From: Octopus vulgaris
Lineage: Eukaryota
Length of the DNA stretch: 64,000 nt
Assembly: GCA_951406725.2 (NCBI GenBank)
Contig: OX597822.1
Coordinates: 52,700,001 to 52,764,000 of the forward strand
Reading direction: 5' to 3'
In this document: piece after piece, positions 12,581 through 25,404 of the stretch
Position numbering within the stretch: position 1 is the stretch's first letter
Layout: every line of letters begins with the position of its first letter
Program-made: the position numbers and the translations under genes
The notes under the pieces: generated by a model
The model's input: only the letters and a program-made list of their open reading frames with translations
Database searches by the model: none
What the model was told of the DNA's origin: nothing

Positions 12581-13550
12581 AACACAATTTATTTTTGTGG
12601 TACTTACACATTTTGATATTTGGCTAAGAGATGAATTGGATTTGATGTGAATATGTTTTGTCCAATCATCCTATTATATAAACCTTTATGTGGTGCTGTA
12701 GTTAAGAAATGTACTTCATTTTTCTTGTTTCACTCATCAGGAAGGGCTGATGATAGTTTTGTCATAAAATCCATGATTTTATTGATGCTTGTTTGTAAAA
12801 AGGATTTAAAACGAATTGAACTTTAGCTGAACAAAGCAACCTATATGCAGTCGCTTGGTCAGCCAAATTTCCTTCAAATCACATTCCCCCGGCGTAAGGT
12901 AATGGCACGAGCTAATGTATTCTTACTTATTCCCCAAATGATAGCTGACTGGTATGCTTTTGGTCAGGGATATGATTAACCAGAACTGTCCAGGTGTTAA
13001 ACAACTGGTCTGTGGCAGCGGTTTACAGTCAGACGGACTGTGTGTTATGAGTGCTTTACAGCTGAAAGTATTTAGTGTCATGACAACAACGCGAGTGAAA
13101 CTTAACCGGCTTTAAACCATCATTGCTGGATCGTATCTGGATAGAAACAGTTGCCCAAAGTACCTTGAAGAAAGACATAACCCAGAACTTCTTAACTACA
13201 CATGACTATGGTATGTGTGTCTATTTAAGGAAGGGTAGTCTTTGTTGTTGCGGAAGAAGTTGTCATTAAGAAATAATGATTCAGTCTGTATTGAACATTA
13301 GGAAGATAAGCAACCACAAAATAGAAACTGAATAATTAATATTGAAATTTTGAAATTGTAGATACCTGAAAAATCTCTTGTAATGTCAGGGACATTATGA
13401 CATACGTGACAGACTTAATATCTTCAGGCTCACATTTCGAGAAAATGTTCCCAAAAGGGTTTTGTATTCCTGTTTTTTTTTTATATATATGAAAAATGTG
13501 AGTGTTTCTCATTGAGAGTTAAGTTTTGGTTTTAATTTAGAATCAAGCCT

Positions 13551-13764
13551 AAGGTGACGAGCTGGCAGAATCGTTAGCACGTCGGTCAAAATGCTTGGCG
13601 GCATTTCGTCCGTCTTTACGTTCTGAGTTCAAATTCCACCAAGGTTCACTTTGCCTTTCATCCTTTCGGGGTCGATAAAATAAATACCAATCAAGTAGTG
13701 GGGGCGATGTAATTGATTTACCCACTACCCTGAAATTGCTGGCCTTGTGCCAAAATTTGAAACC
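13551..13764 (+). mobile_element. SINE family B variant (alternative tail)
   Basis: 17-bp TSD AATTTAGAATCAAGCCT. Confidence 0.9.
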
Positions 13765-14057
13765 AATTTAGAATCAAGCCTGCAGACCTCGTTTTGAGAT
13801 AAAGCCACTCCACCTAAGTCAATATTGCTTTGTTGATTGACATTTTTTTCTTCATATAATAGTGATCTCCAGAGACGAGTTTTGAGAGTTTTGTATTTTA
13901 TTTAAAGTTTGACAATAGAATGGATATTGCAAGATGTGAACATTTTAAATCAGTCAACATTGTTGTACTTGAACATGACAATCAAGCTGACTTCTCTATA
14001 ACAAAACATAATAACTTCCTTAATCTGTCACTCAGTCCAACAACCACCGTCTGAGTC

Positions 14058-14174
14058 TTAGTCACTATTCCCACTTGTGCAAACATTAGAGCTGTCCCCG
14101 AAACAAAGACAACTTCCTCTCCCACCTTGCTCTTTGTTATCGCTTTCAGAAAGGAAAATAAAACAATGCAGTTC
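14058..14174 (-). CDS. Candidate terminal exon of an unidentified minus-strand gene
   Basis: CTTTTCAG acceptor, then ELHCFIFLSESDNKEQGGRGSCLCFGDSSNVCTSGNSD-stop in non-repetitive DNA; no homology recognised. Confidence 0.2.
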   Translation of the reverse strand, partial: ELHCFIFLSESDNKEQGGRGSCLCFGDSSNVCTSGNSD

Positions 14175-14459
14175 CTGAAAAGTGTTGAAATAATGTCAGT
14201 AAAATTGCTAACATCAGTAAACTGAGAGTAGTTTTGTAGCATGTTAAATTTATATCTAAATGCTGTGAACTGTCTGCACGATGAACCAATGAAGCTATTT
14301 GCAAAATATAAAACATGAATGTAGCCAGGTGTCTGGGAACAATACAAGAGGTCTTAATATATTACATAGTATTTAATGCAATGTTGCTCTAATATTTGAT
14401 AAGAACGGATATAGATCAGGTCTTAGCATGTTACTGATAATAATTAATAGATTGTCGTG

Positions 14460-14860
14460 AAGGCCGCGAGCTGACAGAATAGTTAATATGCTAGTGAAAA
14501 TGCTTAGCTGCATTTCGTTCGATGTTGGCTTTGCCTTTCATCCTTTCACGGTCGATAAAATAAGTACCTATTTCTTTACAACCCATAAAGGGGACAGACA
14601 AACGGATTAAGTCGATTACATCGACCCCAGTGCGTAACTGGTACTTAATTTATCGACCCCGAAAGGATGAAAGGCAAAGTCGACCTCGGTGGAATTTGAA
14701 CTCAGAACGTAACGGCAGACGAAATACGGCTACGCATTTCGCCCGGAGTGCTAACGATTCTGTCAGCTCGCTAAAATAAGTTCCAGCTCAACACTGAGGT
14801 CGATGTAATCAACTTATCCCCTTCCTCGAAATTGCTTGCATTGAGCCAAAACCTGAAATC
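14460..14860 (+). mobile_element. SINE B (+) with a younger SINE B (-) nested at 14569-14771
   Basis: TSD TAAAATAAGT(A/T)CC around the nested copy. Confidence 0.85.
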
Positions 14861-15994
14861 AATTAATAAACTGTTGTTCTAATGTTTAAAAAGTAGACAG
14901 AACTTTGCAAATTTAGAAAGTCTAGGAATTTGTTGGTGGAAGTGAATCTATAATGTGAGTTGTTTATCTCAAGTCAGCCTTGATCCTGCAAACGTATCAT
15001 CGGTGATCATTCCATTGTATTTTTTTCTAGGACTACATTATCTAATGTTTTTTTTTTTTTTTTAAACACTTTGACTGCATAATTGCTGCGGCGGACACCC
15101 CCAAGTGAGACGTGGGCTGTTCCACTACTGATAAATAGTGGACAGACGCTGTTCGGGTCACGCAGGCGACGAATTTTGTGTTTGTTTTCTTCCTCATTTT
15201 GGAGCGAAGTAACTGAAAAAAGGAAAAAATGGAGTGTGAACCAAAAACACAGATATAGAATGAAGTATCACCAAATTTAAATCGGTGATAAGAGTTAAAT
15301 TACCAACGGAACATTACCCAGAAAGTATAAAAGCCATGGTAATAGACAAAAAGAGACATGAGAAATTGAAGAAATAGTTTGGAAACAAAATAGACCCAAT
15401 GAGAGTGAGGGTAGAGTTTAACGACCTACTGCCAGTTATAGATTACGACAACTTGTTGCCATATATAAAATGGTAAAGCGTGAGTAAGCTTTTAAGATTT
15501 TTAAAGACTACACATACGATACTAAAAGGAAAAGAAAAGAGCAAAAATGAAATAAAAACTTTGTATTAAAACAGTTAAATGGTACTGCTTGAGAGTGGGG
15601 TTCAAGCAGCCATTACATCCTCATTTATTATTATCCATCTCCCATTCATTCGTTTTATGTATTTTGTCCCCAATGTGGTGTTCTGTCTGTCCTTGTGTTG
15701 TCCCCCTCTGTGTCATGGACTGCGTGCCAAATAAAGAAATACAGTCAGCGAGGTACGCTGTTCGGGCCAGTTACGCAGACGACGATGTTACGTCGTCAGA
15801 ATGCGGTACATATCAATAATTCAATTTCATGGATATTTTGGTAATGCTGCTAATTATCCCTCCAAAAATTGAATTGATATTCTCTGCTTCTACAATATTT
15901 TTTCAGTATCTCCTGTACGCATGGTTTCCATATCCTCCGCTAAAAACATTTGATGTAATATGTGAACAAGAAGTATTATGGAAATTAAGGGACA

Positions 15995-16135
15995 GAAGCT
16001 TGTTTACGAACCACATGATTCCGGGTTCAGTCCAACTGTGTGGCACCTTGGGCAAGTGTCTTCTATTATAGCCTCGGGCCGACCAAAGCCTTGTTAGTGG
16101 ATTTGGTAGACGGAAACTGAAAGAAGCCCGTCGTG
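15995..16135 (+). mobile_element. SINE family A 5' half
   Basis: CCGGGTTCAGTCC...GGCACCTTGGGCAAGTGTCTTCT. Confidence 0.85.
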
Positions 16136-16689
16136 TATATATATATATATATATATATAAATATGTAAAGATCGGTCCGGTTTGTACGGTGTTAAGACAT
16201 ATTGGCATCTATCGTAATGCCCATTTTCCTTACATTAAAAGTTGTTAGAAGGTATTTAAATATTGCATGACATAATTTTAAAAAATTTATTTAGAATATC
16301 TAAATACAGAAAGTAATGTAGATAATAATAGAGAAATGTATTGTATGAAAATTATAAAACATTTACAAAACTTCAGCATGTACATTGTTTTAAACTTTTT
16401 TCTTTTATATATATGTCTGTCTTCTATCTCTTCCCCACTCTGTCTCACTTGTTTTTTCTCCCTAACCCCCCTTTCCATCTGTGTCACGTGTTTTTCTATA
16501 AAGAGAAAAAGAGGTAGAGGTAGTGAGAGAGACACATATGCAACCAGATAGAGAGGGACATAGAGACAAAAAAAAAAGCAGAGGTCCGGCGTCTCACTTG
16601 TTTTCTCTCTCTCTTTCTTTTTTTTTCTCTCTCTCCTTCTGTTCTCTCTCTTTTTCTTTCTTTTTCTCTCCCCCCTCTCTCTCTAGTGT

Positions 16690-17115
16690 TTTTATCATGT
16701 TCGGGAGCAGATGATAATTAGATGGGGCCAAGTTAGAAGAACAGAGAAAATGATCAACCAATTCAAAGCCACAGTCATACAACATCAGCCATTGAAACCA
16801 GGGACTGGTGTGCTGGAGCATTGTCCTGATGGAACAAGATCTCTTTTGTCAGTTTTCCAGGGTGTTTGATCTTTGCAGCCTTTCGTATCTGCCTCAGCAA
16901 GTTGGCATAGTACTCACCATCTATTGTCAAGAGGGGGATAAAGACACACACACATTTGACGAGCTTCTTTCAGTTTCCCTCTACCAAATCCTCCGACAAG
17001 GCTTTGGGCAGCTCGAGGCTATAGAGGAAGATACTTGCCCAAGGTTCCACGCAGTGGGACTGAACCCAGAACGATTTGGCTGGGAGGGTGCAGCCATGGT
17101 GGAGCACCACTTTAA
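16690..17115 (-). mobile_element. Mariner transposase scraps plus diverged SINE A
   Basis: SSNLAPSNYHLLPNM resembles the mariner YSPDLAPSDYHLF motif; SINE A similarity at 16930-17115. Confidence 0.55.
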
Positions 17116-17229
17116 TTTATTTTCTCTCAGCTTTGTTGTCACTTTGCGGCTGAAAGTTGGTCTGTAATTGAGTTGGTAGCAGATGATCTCCTCTGAGTGC
17201 ATCCTTGAATGGCTGACTGGTCCGGTATT

Positions 17230-17620
17230 ATATTTTATATTTTATTTCTACTTTTATTCTCTTATTTCCCTCTATATTCTCTTTCTCCTTTTCAATAATA
17301 ATTCCTAATTTCGAACTCAAATATTTACCTCTATTTAACCATCTCACATCGTCTCTGATGAAAGGATATCCATAATATCCCTGAAACAGCTGTAAGATTA
17401 TATCTATATCTTTTTCCTTATAAATGTCCTGAAAACTACTCACAGCCTTGGCTTTGTTATCTCATTTTGTCTAATATATATATTCTAATACAAGATCCAC
17501 ATTAGACTCCTCACTCGTATCACTATCGAACCAAGAGTTTAACAACGGTCTGTCCATAGCACTTACTTAGCATTACCTGCCACTCTTTGGGCTTTCTAGA
17601 TACCAATATCTCTCATATAT
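17230..17620 (+). mobile_element. Penelope-like pLTR remnant
   Basis: Contains a hammerhead; homologous to 8495-8765. Confidence 0.6.
17341..17400 (+). ncRNA. Minimal type I hammerhead ribozyme
   Basis: TCT-CTGATGA-AAGGATAT ccata ATATCCCT-GAAA-CAGCTG-TA|AGA; intact core, palindromic stem III, GUA cleavage site. Confidence 0.8.
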
Positions 17621-18649
17621 ATATAACTTGACATAAATGCAAGCAGTTATATACATTGGTTAATATTGGAAAACTGTACGTGGAAGGATAAGGCGATAAA
17701 TATTTTTGAAAATTAAGTTGATTTAGTTATTGTATTACAAAAAGTTTAAGGTATGTGTCAGTATGAATGGGTATGACACGTCTTAACTTTACTCGTGTTT
17801 GTATTATACATATTTACGTGTATACTGAACATATGTGTGTATAAGAATGTATATATGAGTGTGTGTACACACATATACACGAGCAATATTAATACAGTAT
17901 ATGAAGATTGGACAATAAGCGTATGCCAGTGTCAACGGTGGTTCCAGAAATTCCGAGCCGGAAATACAGCCTAGAAAACGAGCCTCGTCTTGGAAGATCT
18001 GTATAGCTCGACGAGACGTCCAGCAAACCCTTTTGGGGGATCAGAATACCATCGTAACTGTTGAGGAACTAGCAGAGATAGTTGGATTTGGTCATTTAAC
18101 CAGTCGTTCAAGTCATCGCTCGAAGAAATACGACCGTCTTTGGTTTCAAAACGAAAGATGTTCTTCCATCATACAGCAAGGATGACATTCCAAAGGCTGG
18201 AGCACTTTGAATGGATTTATTCAGTTTGGCTCACAGACTTTTTAATTAATTTTTTAAAAACTAAACAGTCTGAAACTCCATATACTGATGTAATTTCTCA
18301 CGCAGAACACGGTTTACTTTCAACATTTTTGACAGAATTTCGTATTTTAGAAGTTATTTCGTGTTAAAGTTGTCGTATTTGGGTAATTTTAACCAATCAA
18401 CGACGTGTATTCACTTGAAGAAAGCTACTGGTGTTTGCAATAGTAGTCACAGAGGAATAATTTCTGGTTCACCTCTACTAAATGTCACTACTTTCTTCTA
18501 TTTTATTTTTGTTTACTGCCTGTGTTGCATAATACATGTTTCTTTTTTTTGGTTCACGCGTCGGTGTAATCAGTAAACATCGAAGAATCAACACCAAGAA
18601 GGAAGAAATATTATTTACATATATTTATTCGTTGCCCGACATCGTTACT

Positions 18650-19145
18650 TAAGCCGCAGGGCCGAATTTTGGGGAAAATTTTGGTTTTATCCGCACATAA
18701 AGCGCATCGGTGTTTAAAAGACCTATTGAACTACGGGTCCGCAGCTAGTTTTGTTGTTGTTGACGTATATGTAGTTTTAAAATGCCTTATTTTACAACTA
18801 TGAGATGTATTGTTATTGTTATCATTTTATCTTACTATAATCAACAGCAAACACATTTCGTCAATATAAAAGTCCTTATTAGATTAAAAATAGCATTATC
18901 AAAACATGAAGGTAAAACAAAACAAATGTGCTCTGTTTTCTTTCAGGCACCAATGTACTGTAGCAGTAGTTTTTCACGTTGTTCATCAACCGACCTTTCC
19001 TGAGTAGAATCAGTAGATCTCTATACACAAATTATTTTCTTCCTGAAACTTATAAAAAAGTATACATATTAGGTGCACCTTTCTATAAACCGCACACTAA
19101 ATTTTCCAGATAAAAATAGCGGCTTATACACCGGGAAATACGGTA
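18650..19145. mobile_element. pogo/Tigger-like DNA transposon remnant (one end)
   Basis: Terminus GCGGCTTATACACCGGGAAATACGG-TA with subterminal TAAGCCGC/TAAACCGC repeats. Confidence 0.65.
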
Positions 19146-19186
19146 ACTGTAGTGGTAGGGACAAGTTGGCTCGCTGGTTGGTAGCT

Positions 19187-20198
19187 TGTAGCGAATCTTG
19201 CACGCATGAAGTGGATTCGATCCACCATAGCCAAATTTAAATTAACACTGCTACAGAACTTTTCCCACGATGGAACATTAGTTTTTCTCTGACAGCAGTT
19301 TTACATTTTCCAGATGCCTTTAGCTAGGCCGAAATAATATCTTCACCACTTGACCCTTTCTAACCTCTTCTACTTCACCAAAAGCTAGAATAGAGATAAC
19401 AAGTCCACCAACTAAATCTATTGTTCTGAATGATATGTCTATCCTTCTGGATAGTTATACAAGCAAAAATCAGTTAGTCACCAACCGGTGACGACTCAAC
19501 GCGGTTTGGCTGACCAACCTTGGTCAGAGGGAGAAAGCAACTGTGAGACAACACCCTATAATTCTCTCTAGCTCTAATTCTGTTCTCTTACAACATCATT
19601 TTATCTCTCTCAGTAATTACTACTACTAAACAATGAAGAGGACACAAACACAAACTTTACTTCGCATGCTTCTGGATGTATCAAAACCTGCCCGACGAGG
19701 CAAGGTATTTGTAACGTAACGGTAAAACTTCATGCACAAGGCGGCGAGCTGGCAGAAACGTTAGCACGCCGGGCGAAATGCTTAGCGGTATTTCGTCTGC
19801 GTTACGTTGTGAGTTCAAATTCCGCCGAGATCGACTTTGCCTTTCATCCTTTCGGGGTCGATAAATTAAGTACCAGTTACGCACTGGGGTCGATGTAATC
19901 GACTTAATACCTATGTCTGTCCTTGTTTGTCCCCTCTGTGTTTAGCCCCTTGTGGGTAATAAAGAAATAGGTAAAACTTCATGCACTTTGTTCTTTCCCA
20001 TCCTACAGTATGCAAATATAACCACAAATTATTATCGTTACCACTCCTTCCACCGACAATTTCATATTATTAATTACAAATCAATTTGTACCGTTACAAT
20101 TGGTAACCACACCAAAATAAAAAATTAAAGCCATTACAATTGGTGACTACCGACATTTCATAATATTGTGTACCTAAACAAAATCTTCCGCCGTTACA
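19187..20198 (+). mobile_element. Solo LTR of a Gypsy-type family with a U5 att/PBS array
   Basis: TGTAGCG...CCGTTACA ends; 4-bp TSD AGCT (19183-19186, 20199-20202); colinear homology with the reverse complement of 51737-52388. Confidence 0.8.
19738..19969 (+). mobile_element. SINE family B, full length, inserted in the LTR
   Basis: 17-bp TSD GGTAAAACTTCATGCAC; tRNA-like head with B-box GAGTTCAAATTCC. Confidence 0.95.
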
Positions 20199-21016
20199 AG
20201 CTGATAGGGTAGAAGCAGCTGTCTGCCAATTGAGAGGTGCTGAAATACTTCATAAAACCTGGATAGGTTTTTAAGTGGAGCACAAAGGTGTGTGTGTGTG
20301 TGCGTGTGTGTATGTGTGTGATGAAGAGAATCGAACTGAATGTGAAAACGTATTATCTTGCTTACAAAAAGAAAAAAAAAGTTTACAAAACTACGTCATG
20401 CTAACCTATTTCCTAAAATTTATATTTCCAGCTGGTTTTATTGCAAAGATTTACTTATAGCTTCCCCTCTCTCTCTCTCTCTAATAATAAAGAATATATA
20501 AAATGAAGATGGAGGTGGAGTTTCTTCTCTCTGCGTGTCTAAAACAATATCTATACTGTGTATGTTTACTCATCTAGGTACGTACTATTCAGCTTAAATA
20601 GGTTTATTTGCTTTAGTGAGTAAACTTCTTTTTGAAACAGTAAATGCTTCCTTGTTGAAGCATTTACTGTCAAAAGGGCATTTATATTAGAGTTGTTTAT
20701 CTCATGGAATACTGTTTGTATAATCTCGAGTCTTTGGTTTTGGTTATACCAGAAATGAAATTCTTGAGATTTTGTATTAAACAGTATTGGACGTTAAACT
20801 TAGACTAAAAGGCAAGTTAAACAAGATGATATTGCGCTCGTGTGGCTTTTTAAAAAGTGAGTGGAAGCTGTTGCTAAGTGGTATTTATTGCATTCTTTTT
20901 ATGAAATCGACCCCCTTTCAAAGTGCATATAACAGTGCATGATAAAAAGAAAAAGAGATTTTCATCTAGGCGCAGTGTGGTAAGTAGCTTGCTTACCAAC
21001 CACATGGCTCCGGGTT

Positions 21017-22901
21017 TTACCCTTTTACTTATTTCAGTCATTTGACTGCGACCATGCTGGAGCACCGGGATCTTTTCCTTTTGAAAGCCAGATTTTCCTA
21101 GTTAACTAAACAATTTGAAACTTCGTATACTGGTAGAATGTGTCAAAAGAAAACATAATTGTAAACCAAAATGAAAACGGAATTGTAATTTCTAAGTTTA
21201 ACCTTGTTTAAAAATTCGAATTTTAACCAATGATATTCTTTCTTTCGGCCTCATATTATTTACTGCTTCTCAAAATATTGTTACTGTGACGTAAACAGCT
21301 ATTTTGTGACGTAGTTAACGTATCTAAAATATAAACATCACCGTCCCATATAACAAAGTCCTAAACAGACAGAATAATAATAAAAATACGGCGGGCTTTC
21401 GAAATAGCTGCCGAGAATAAAATGAAATTTCGATGGTAAATTTTTGGAGGGGTTTCGGTAATTTTCGTCACTCTAAAATACATGTAATTCGCATTAAATC
21501 TTATTTTTCTGAAAAATCCACGTTTTAAAACATTTTAACTACCCACCCCCTTCCTTAATAATATTTCTTTCCCCAGTAAGTACAAGGCCTGAAGCTGATG
21601 GGAAGAACTAGTCGATTGTATTCAACTGGTACTTATTCTATAAGCACCGCCCGAAAGAAGGGAAAGCTCAGCAATATTCGAACACGGAACGTAAAGATTC
21701 GTAAGAAATGACGCTAGGCATTTTATCCGATGCACTACCGATTCTGCCAGCTTTACATTATATTTTTCGTCGAAGTTTAACTATGTCACCTTGATGATAT
21801 ATTTTTACGCGTGGACAAATAATAGAGAGATAATGTGGATCAGATGATATTACATGCTGACAAGGGCTTGGTAAAGGACTGTTAGAATGTTTAGGGATAC
21901 GGTCCTATACGTTCGGGTTTCAACCCTCACCGGAATTCAAAACAAGCCGTCTGTTCTTCCACGGTCGAGAAAATACATCGATCAAGTATTGGAGATCGAT
22001 ATAAATGATTATACCCTCCACTCACCCCAAAATATATGCTCTGTGTCTATAATCAATATTACAAATATATTGTTATTGCTATTTAACTCAGGTCATCCTG
22101 ATAAACCCGGTTGAGGATCAAAGGGTTCCAACTATGACCAACCCGTATTTTTGCGCCCCCCCTTTTTTTCAGATATAGCATCTATGATTATATTAGCCAA
22201 TGTACTCTTCCTTTAACCCAGTAGTATATGGTTTTAAGGGGATTTGGGTGTTATTCCTAGCACATCGACGAGCGAAAATGCAGAGGGGCCCTGATTATGT
22301 GCGAGTATGCGTATGGATGGGTACGTGTGTGTATGTGGGTGCATACAAGCCAAATAACCGGTTCAAGTTGTGTGTCAAACTGAAGAATCAAAGCGTGTGC
22401 ACAAGTTTATAGTAAATATATACATTGTATAGAGAAAACACACGAAGCCTATACAAAAACACTGAATATGTGTTTATTATTCATCCAAAGTAAACAGTAC
22501 GTGTGTGCTGTTTACGTCACAGTAACGATATGTTTAGACGGAGCAAATAATATCAACTGAATACAGAGAATACGATTGGTTAAAATTCGCAGATTTAAAC
22601 TACGTATAAACTTATAAAATACATTTTTGTCAAAAAAACTAGTTGAAATCGTTGTTTTCTTTTGACACATTCTACCAGTATACGAAGTTTCAAATTATTT
22701 AGTTAACTAGAAAAATTTGAAAAATCTGGCTTTCAAAAAGAAAAGATCCGAGCACCGCCTTCAGTCGAGTAAATTGACCCCAGGACTTATTCCTTGTAAG
22801 TCTAGTACTTATTCTATCGGTCTCTTTTGCCGAACTGCTAAGTTACGGGGACGTAAGCACACCAGCATCGGTTGTCAAGCGACTTTGGGTTGGGTGGGGG
22901 A

Positions 22902-22961
<60 letters not shown>

Positions 22962-23125
22962 CGACGGGCTTCTTTCAGTTTCCGTTTACCAAATCCACTC
23001 ACAAGGCTTTGGTCGGCCCGAGGCTATAGTAGAAGACACTTGCCCAAGGTGCCGCGCAGTGGGACCGAACCCCGAACCATGTGGTTGGTAAGCAAGCTAC
23101 TTACCACACAGCCACTCTTGCACCT
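21017..23125 (-). mobile_element. SINE family A split by a Merlin-like insertion
   Basis: Tail at 21017-21067 continues seamlessly at 22750-23125. Confidence 0.85.
21068..22749. mobile_element. Merlin-like non-autonomous DNA transposon
   Basis: ~90-bp imperfect TIRs beginning GGATCTTTTC; 8-bp TSD GAGCACCG; GG termini with an 8-bp TSD fit Merlin; no transposase seen. Confidence 0.8.
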
Positions 23126-23208
23126 ACCGCTTATTTTCCTGATATACTAAATCAAGGCATTTTATTAAATTAAAACTACACTCGGAGCGAGGATGAAAAT
23201 GAAAATCA

Positions 23209-23545
23209 TGGCGTGGCTGTGTTGGTAAGTAGCTTGTTTCCCAGCAACATGGTTCCGGTTTCAGTCCCATAGTGTGGCACCTTGGGCAAATGTCTTATAC
23301 TATAGCCTCGGGTCGCACAAAGCCTTGTGAGTGGATTTGGTAGATGGAAACTGAAAGAAGCCCGTCGACCATCATCACTTGACAACCGATGTTGGTGTGT
23401 TTATGTTCCCGTAAAATAGCGGTTCAGCAAAAGAGTAGGAAAAAGATAAGTACAAAGAATAAGTCTTGGGGTCGATTTGTTCGACTAAAAGTGATGCTCC
23501 AACATGGCCGCGGGCAACTGACTGAAACAAGTAAAAGAATAAAAG
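23209..23545 (+). mobile_element. SINE family A
   Basis: Head to tail similarity with other copies. Confidence 0.85.
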
Positions 23546-24374
23546 AACTATAATGATTCGTTCTGGTCAAGAAAGACAGGGAAGATAACCCCAGAATTTG
23601 AAATGAAAGAAATAATTTATCAATAATAGTATAGAACCGAGGGTGATTCTGCTGTTTCTTAGTATGGTGGAAATTTCGAATATTCTTCGGTATTTTTAAG
23701 TCTCACCAACGCATTACCAGATATAAACTTATACAGATTGTTCGTGAATGAACAATGAGCGCCAAGATTACTTAAAAGAGTGACGGCAAGAGAAATGTCA
23801 AGAAATATCTGCAATAAGTATTGTTCTATATGTGACACTACTGGTTGATGGACATAACATAAAAGACACAGGTTTAAGCATAAATCAAGTTTGGTTCAAT
23901 GAATGTTGATTAGTGATTTTGTATGTGATGGATGCAAAGGATTATATTGAACCTTATGAATTGTTAAATACTTATTTTATCAACCCAAGAAACAAGTAAA
24001 CACTGAGTGACTTCTATGATTAGTCACCCAAAATAAATAACGGAAACAACGACATGTTTGAGAATAAATAAATAAAATCCACTATATGTACATGCCACAG
24101 ATTTAATTCAGGTGAGTCAACGGCTATCTAATAGATTTTTACAAATATGCATTTATGCATACGTATATGCATATCTGAATGGTCAGTGGTACATTCAAAT
24201 TTCATTTAAATGAGGCATAGAAGAAATAAGTTATTTGAAAGCCACAATTTCGGAATTTACAGCAGCAGGTCAAAAAAGGCCAAATAGTTACGTATGGCCA
24301 CATACTGCCTATCTAGGTAGTGACGGAAGGAAGTTTTCTGCCAGTACGACCATAATTCTCTGATAGTAATCCAT

Positions 24375-24750
24375 TGTACTATAGGCACAAGGCCTGAAAT
24401 TTTGGGGGAGCGAGTTAGTTGAATACACTGACTCTAATGTTCGACTGATACTTATTTTATCGATCCCGACGGGAGTAAAGGAAAAGTTGACCTCTGTGGA
24501 ATTTGAAGAAATACCTATTTCTTTATTACCCACAAGGGGCTAAACGCAGAGAGGACAAACAAGGACAGACAAACGGATTAAGTCGATTACATCGACCCCA
24601 GTGCGTAACTGGTACTTAATTTATCGACCTCGAAAGGATGAAAGGCAAAGTCGACCTCAGCGGAATTTGAACTCAGAACGTAACGGCAGACGAAATACCG
24701 CTAAGCATTTCGCCCGGCGTACTAACGTTTCAGCCAGTTCGCCGCCTTGA
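24375..24750 (-). mobile_element. Two adjacent or nested SINE B copies
   Basis: Diverged copy 24375-24508, near-consensus copy 24516-24748. Confidence 0.85.
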
Positions 24751-25373
24751 CTTGCAGTAATAACTGCCCAACAGAGCGTAATGCATGTGCTAACTTATCA
24801 ACGGAGGGACAAGCGAAATTATTTAGTCGGTTTGCTCGACTAAAGGCGGTGCTCCAGCATGGTCGCAGTCAAATGACTGAAACAAAATAAAAGAAAAATA
24901 AAAGAAAAATAGTCAAAATTAATCTCGTGTGCTTGCTTTCACTTTGCTTCATAACAGTCGTCCTAGATGATGTTGATGATGATGATGATGAATAGAGTTT
25001 AAAAACAGGATAAAAAGGGCACTGGAATGTGTATGTATATATATATATATATATATATACATAAGCACATACATTCATACACACACACACACATATATAC
25101 AAACGTGCATACGTACGTATATACACACATAATATATTTACATACATTCATACAGCTTTTATCTTTTCTCTTTTACTTGTTTCAGGCATTAGACTACGAC
25201 CATGCATTTTTGTCGAATGAATCGACTCCAGGACTTATCGTTTAAAGCCTAGTACTTATTCTATCGTTCTGTTTTGCCTAACTGCTAGGTTACGGTGAGA
25301 TAAACACACCAACACCGGTTGTCAAGCGATGGTGGGGTACAAACACGGACACAAAGAAGCACCCATATGTATG

Positions 25374-25404
<31 letters not shown>

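Noticed and set aside
14058-14174. GGACT assignment by analogy with the vertebrate PCCA neighbour
   Set aside because: Only a vague CFIF/CFVY resemblance; the conserved C-terminal residues are absent
19148-19230. LTR start at 19148 with a Pol III A/B-box head
   Set aside because: Alignment with the second copy and the AGCT TSD put the start at 19187, which excludes the A-box-like part; only GGATTCGATCC remains
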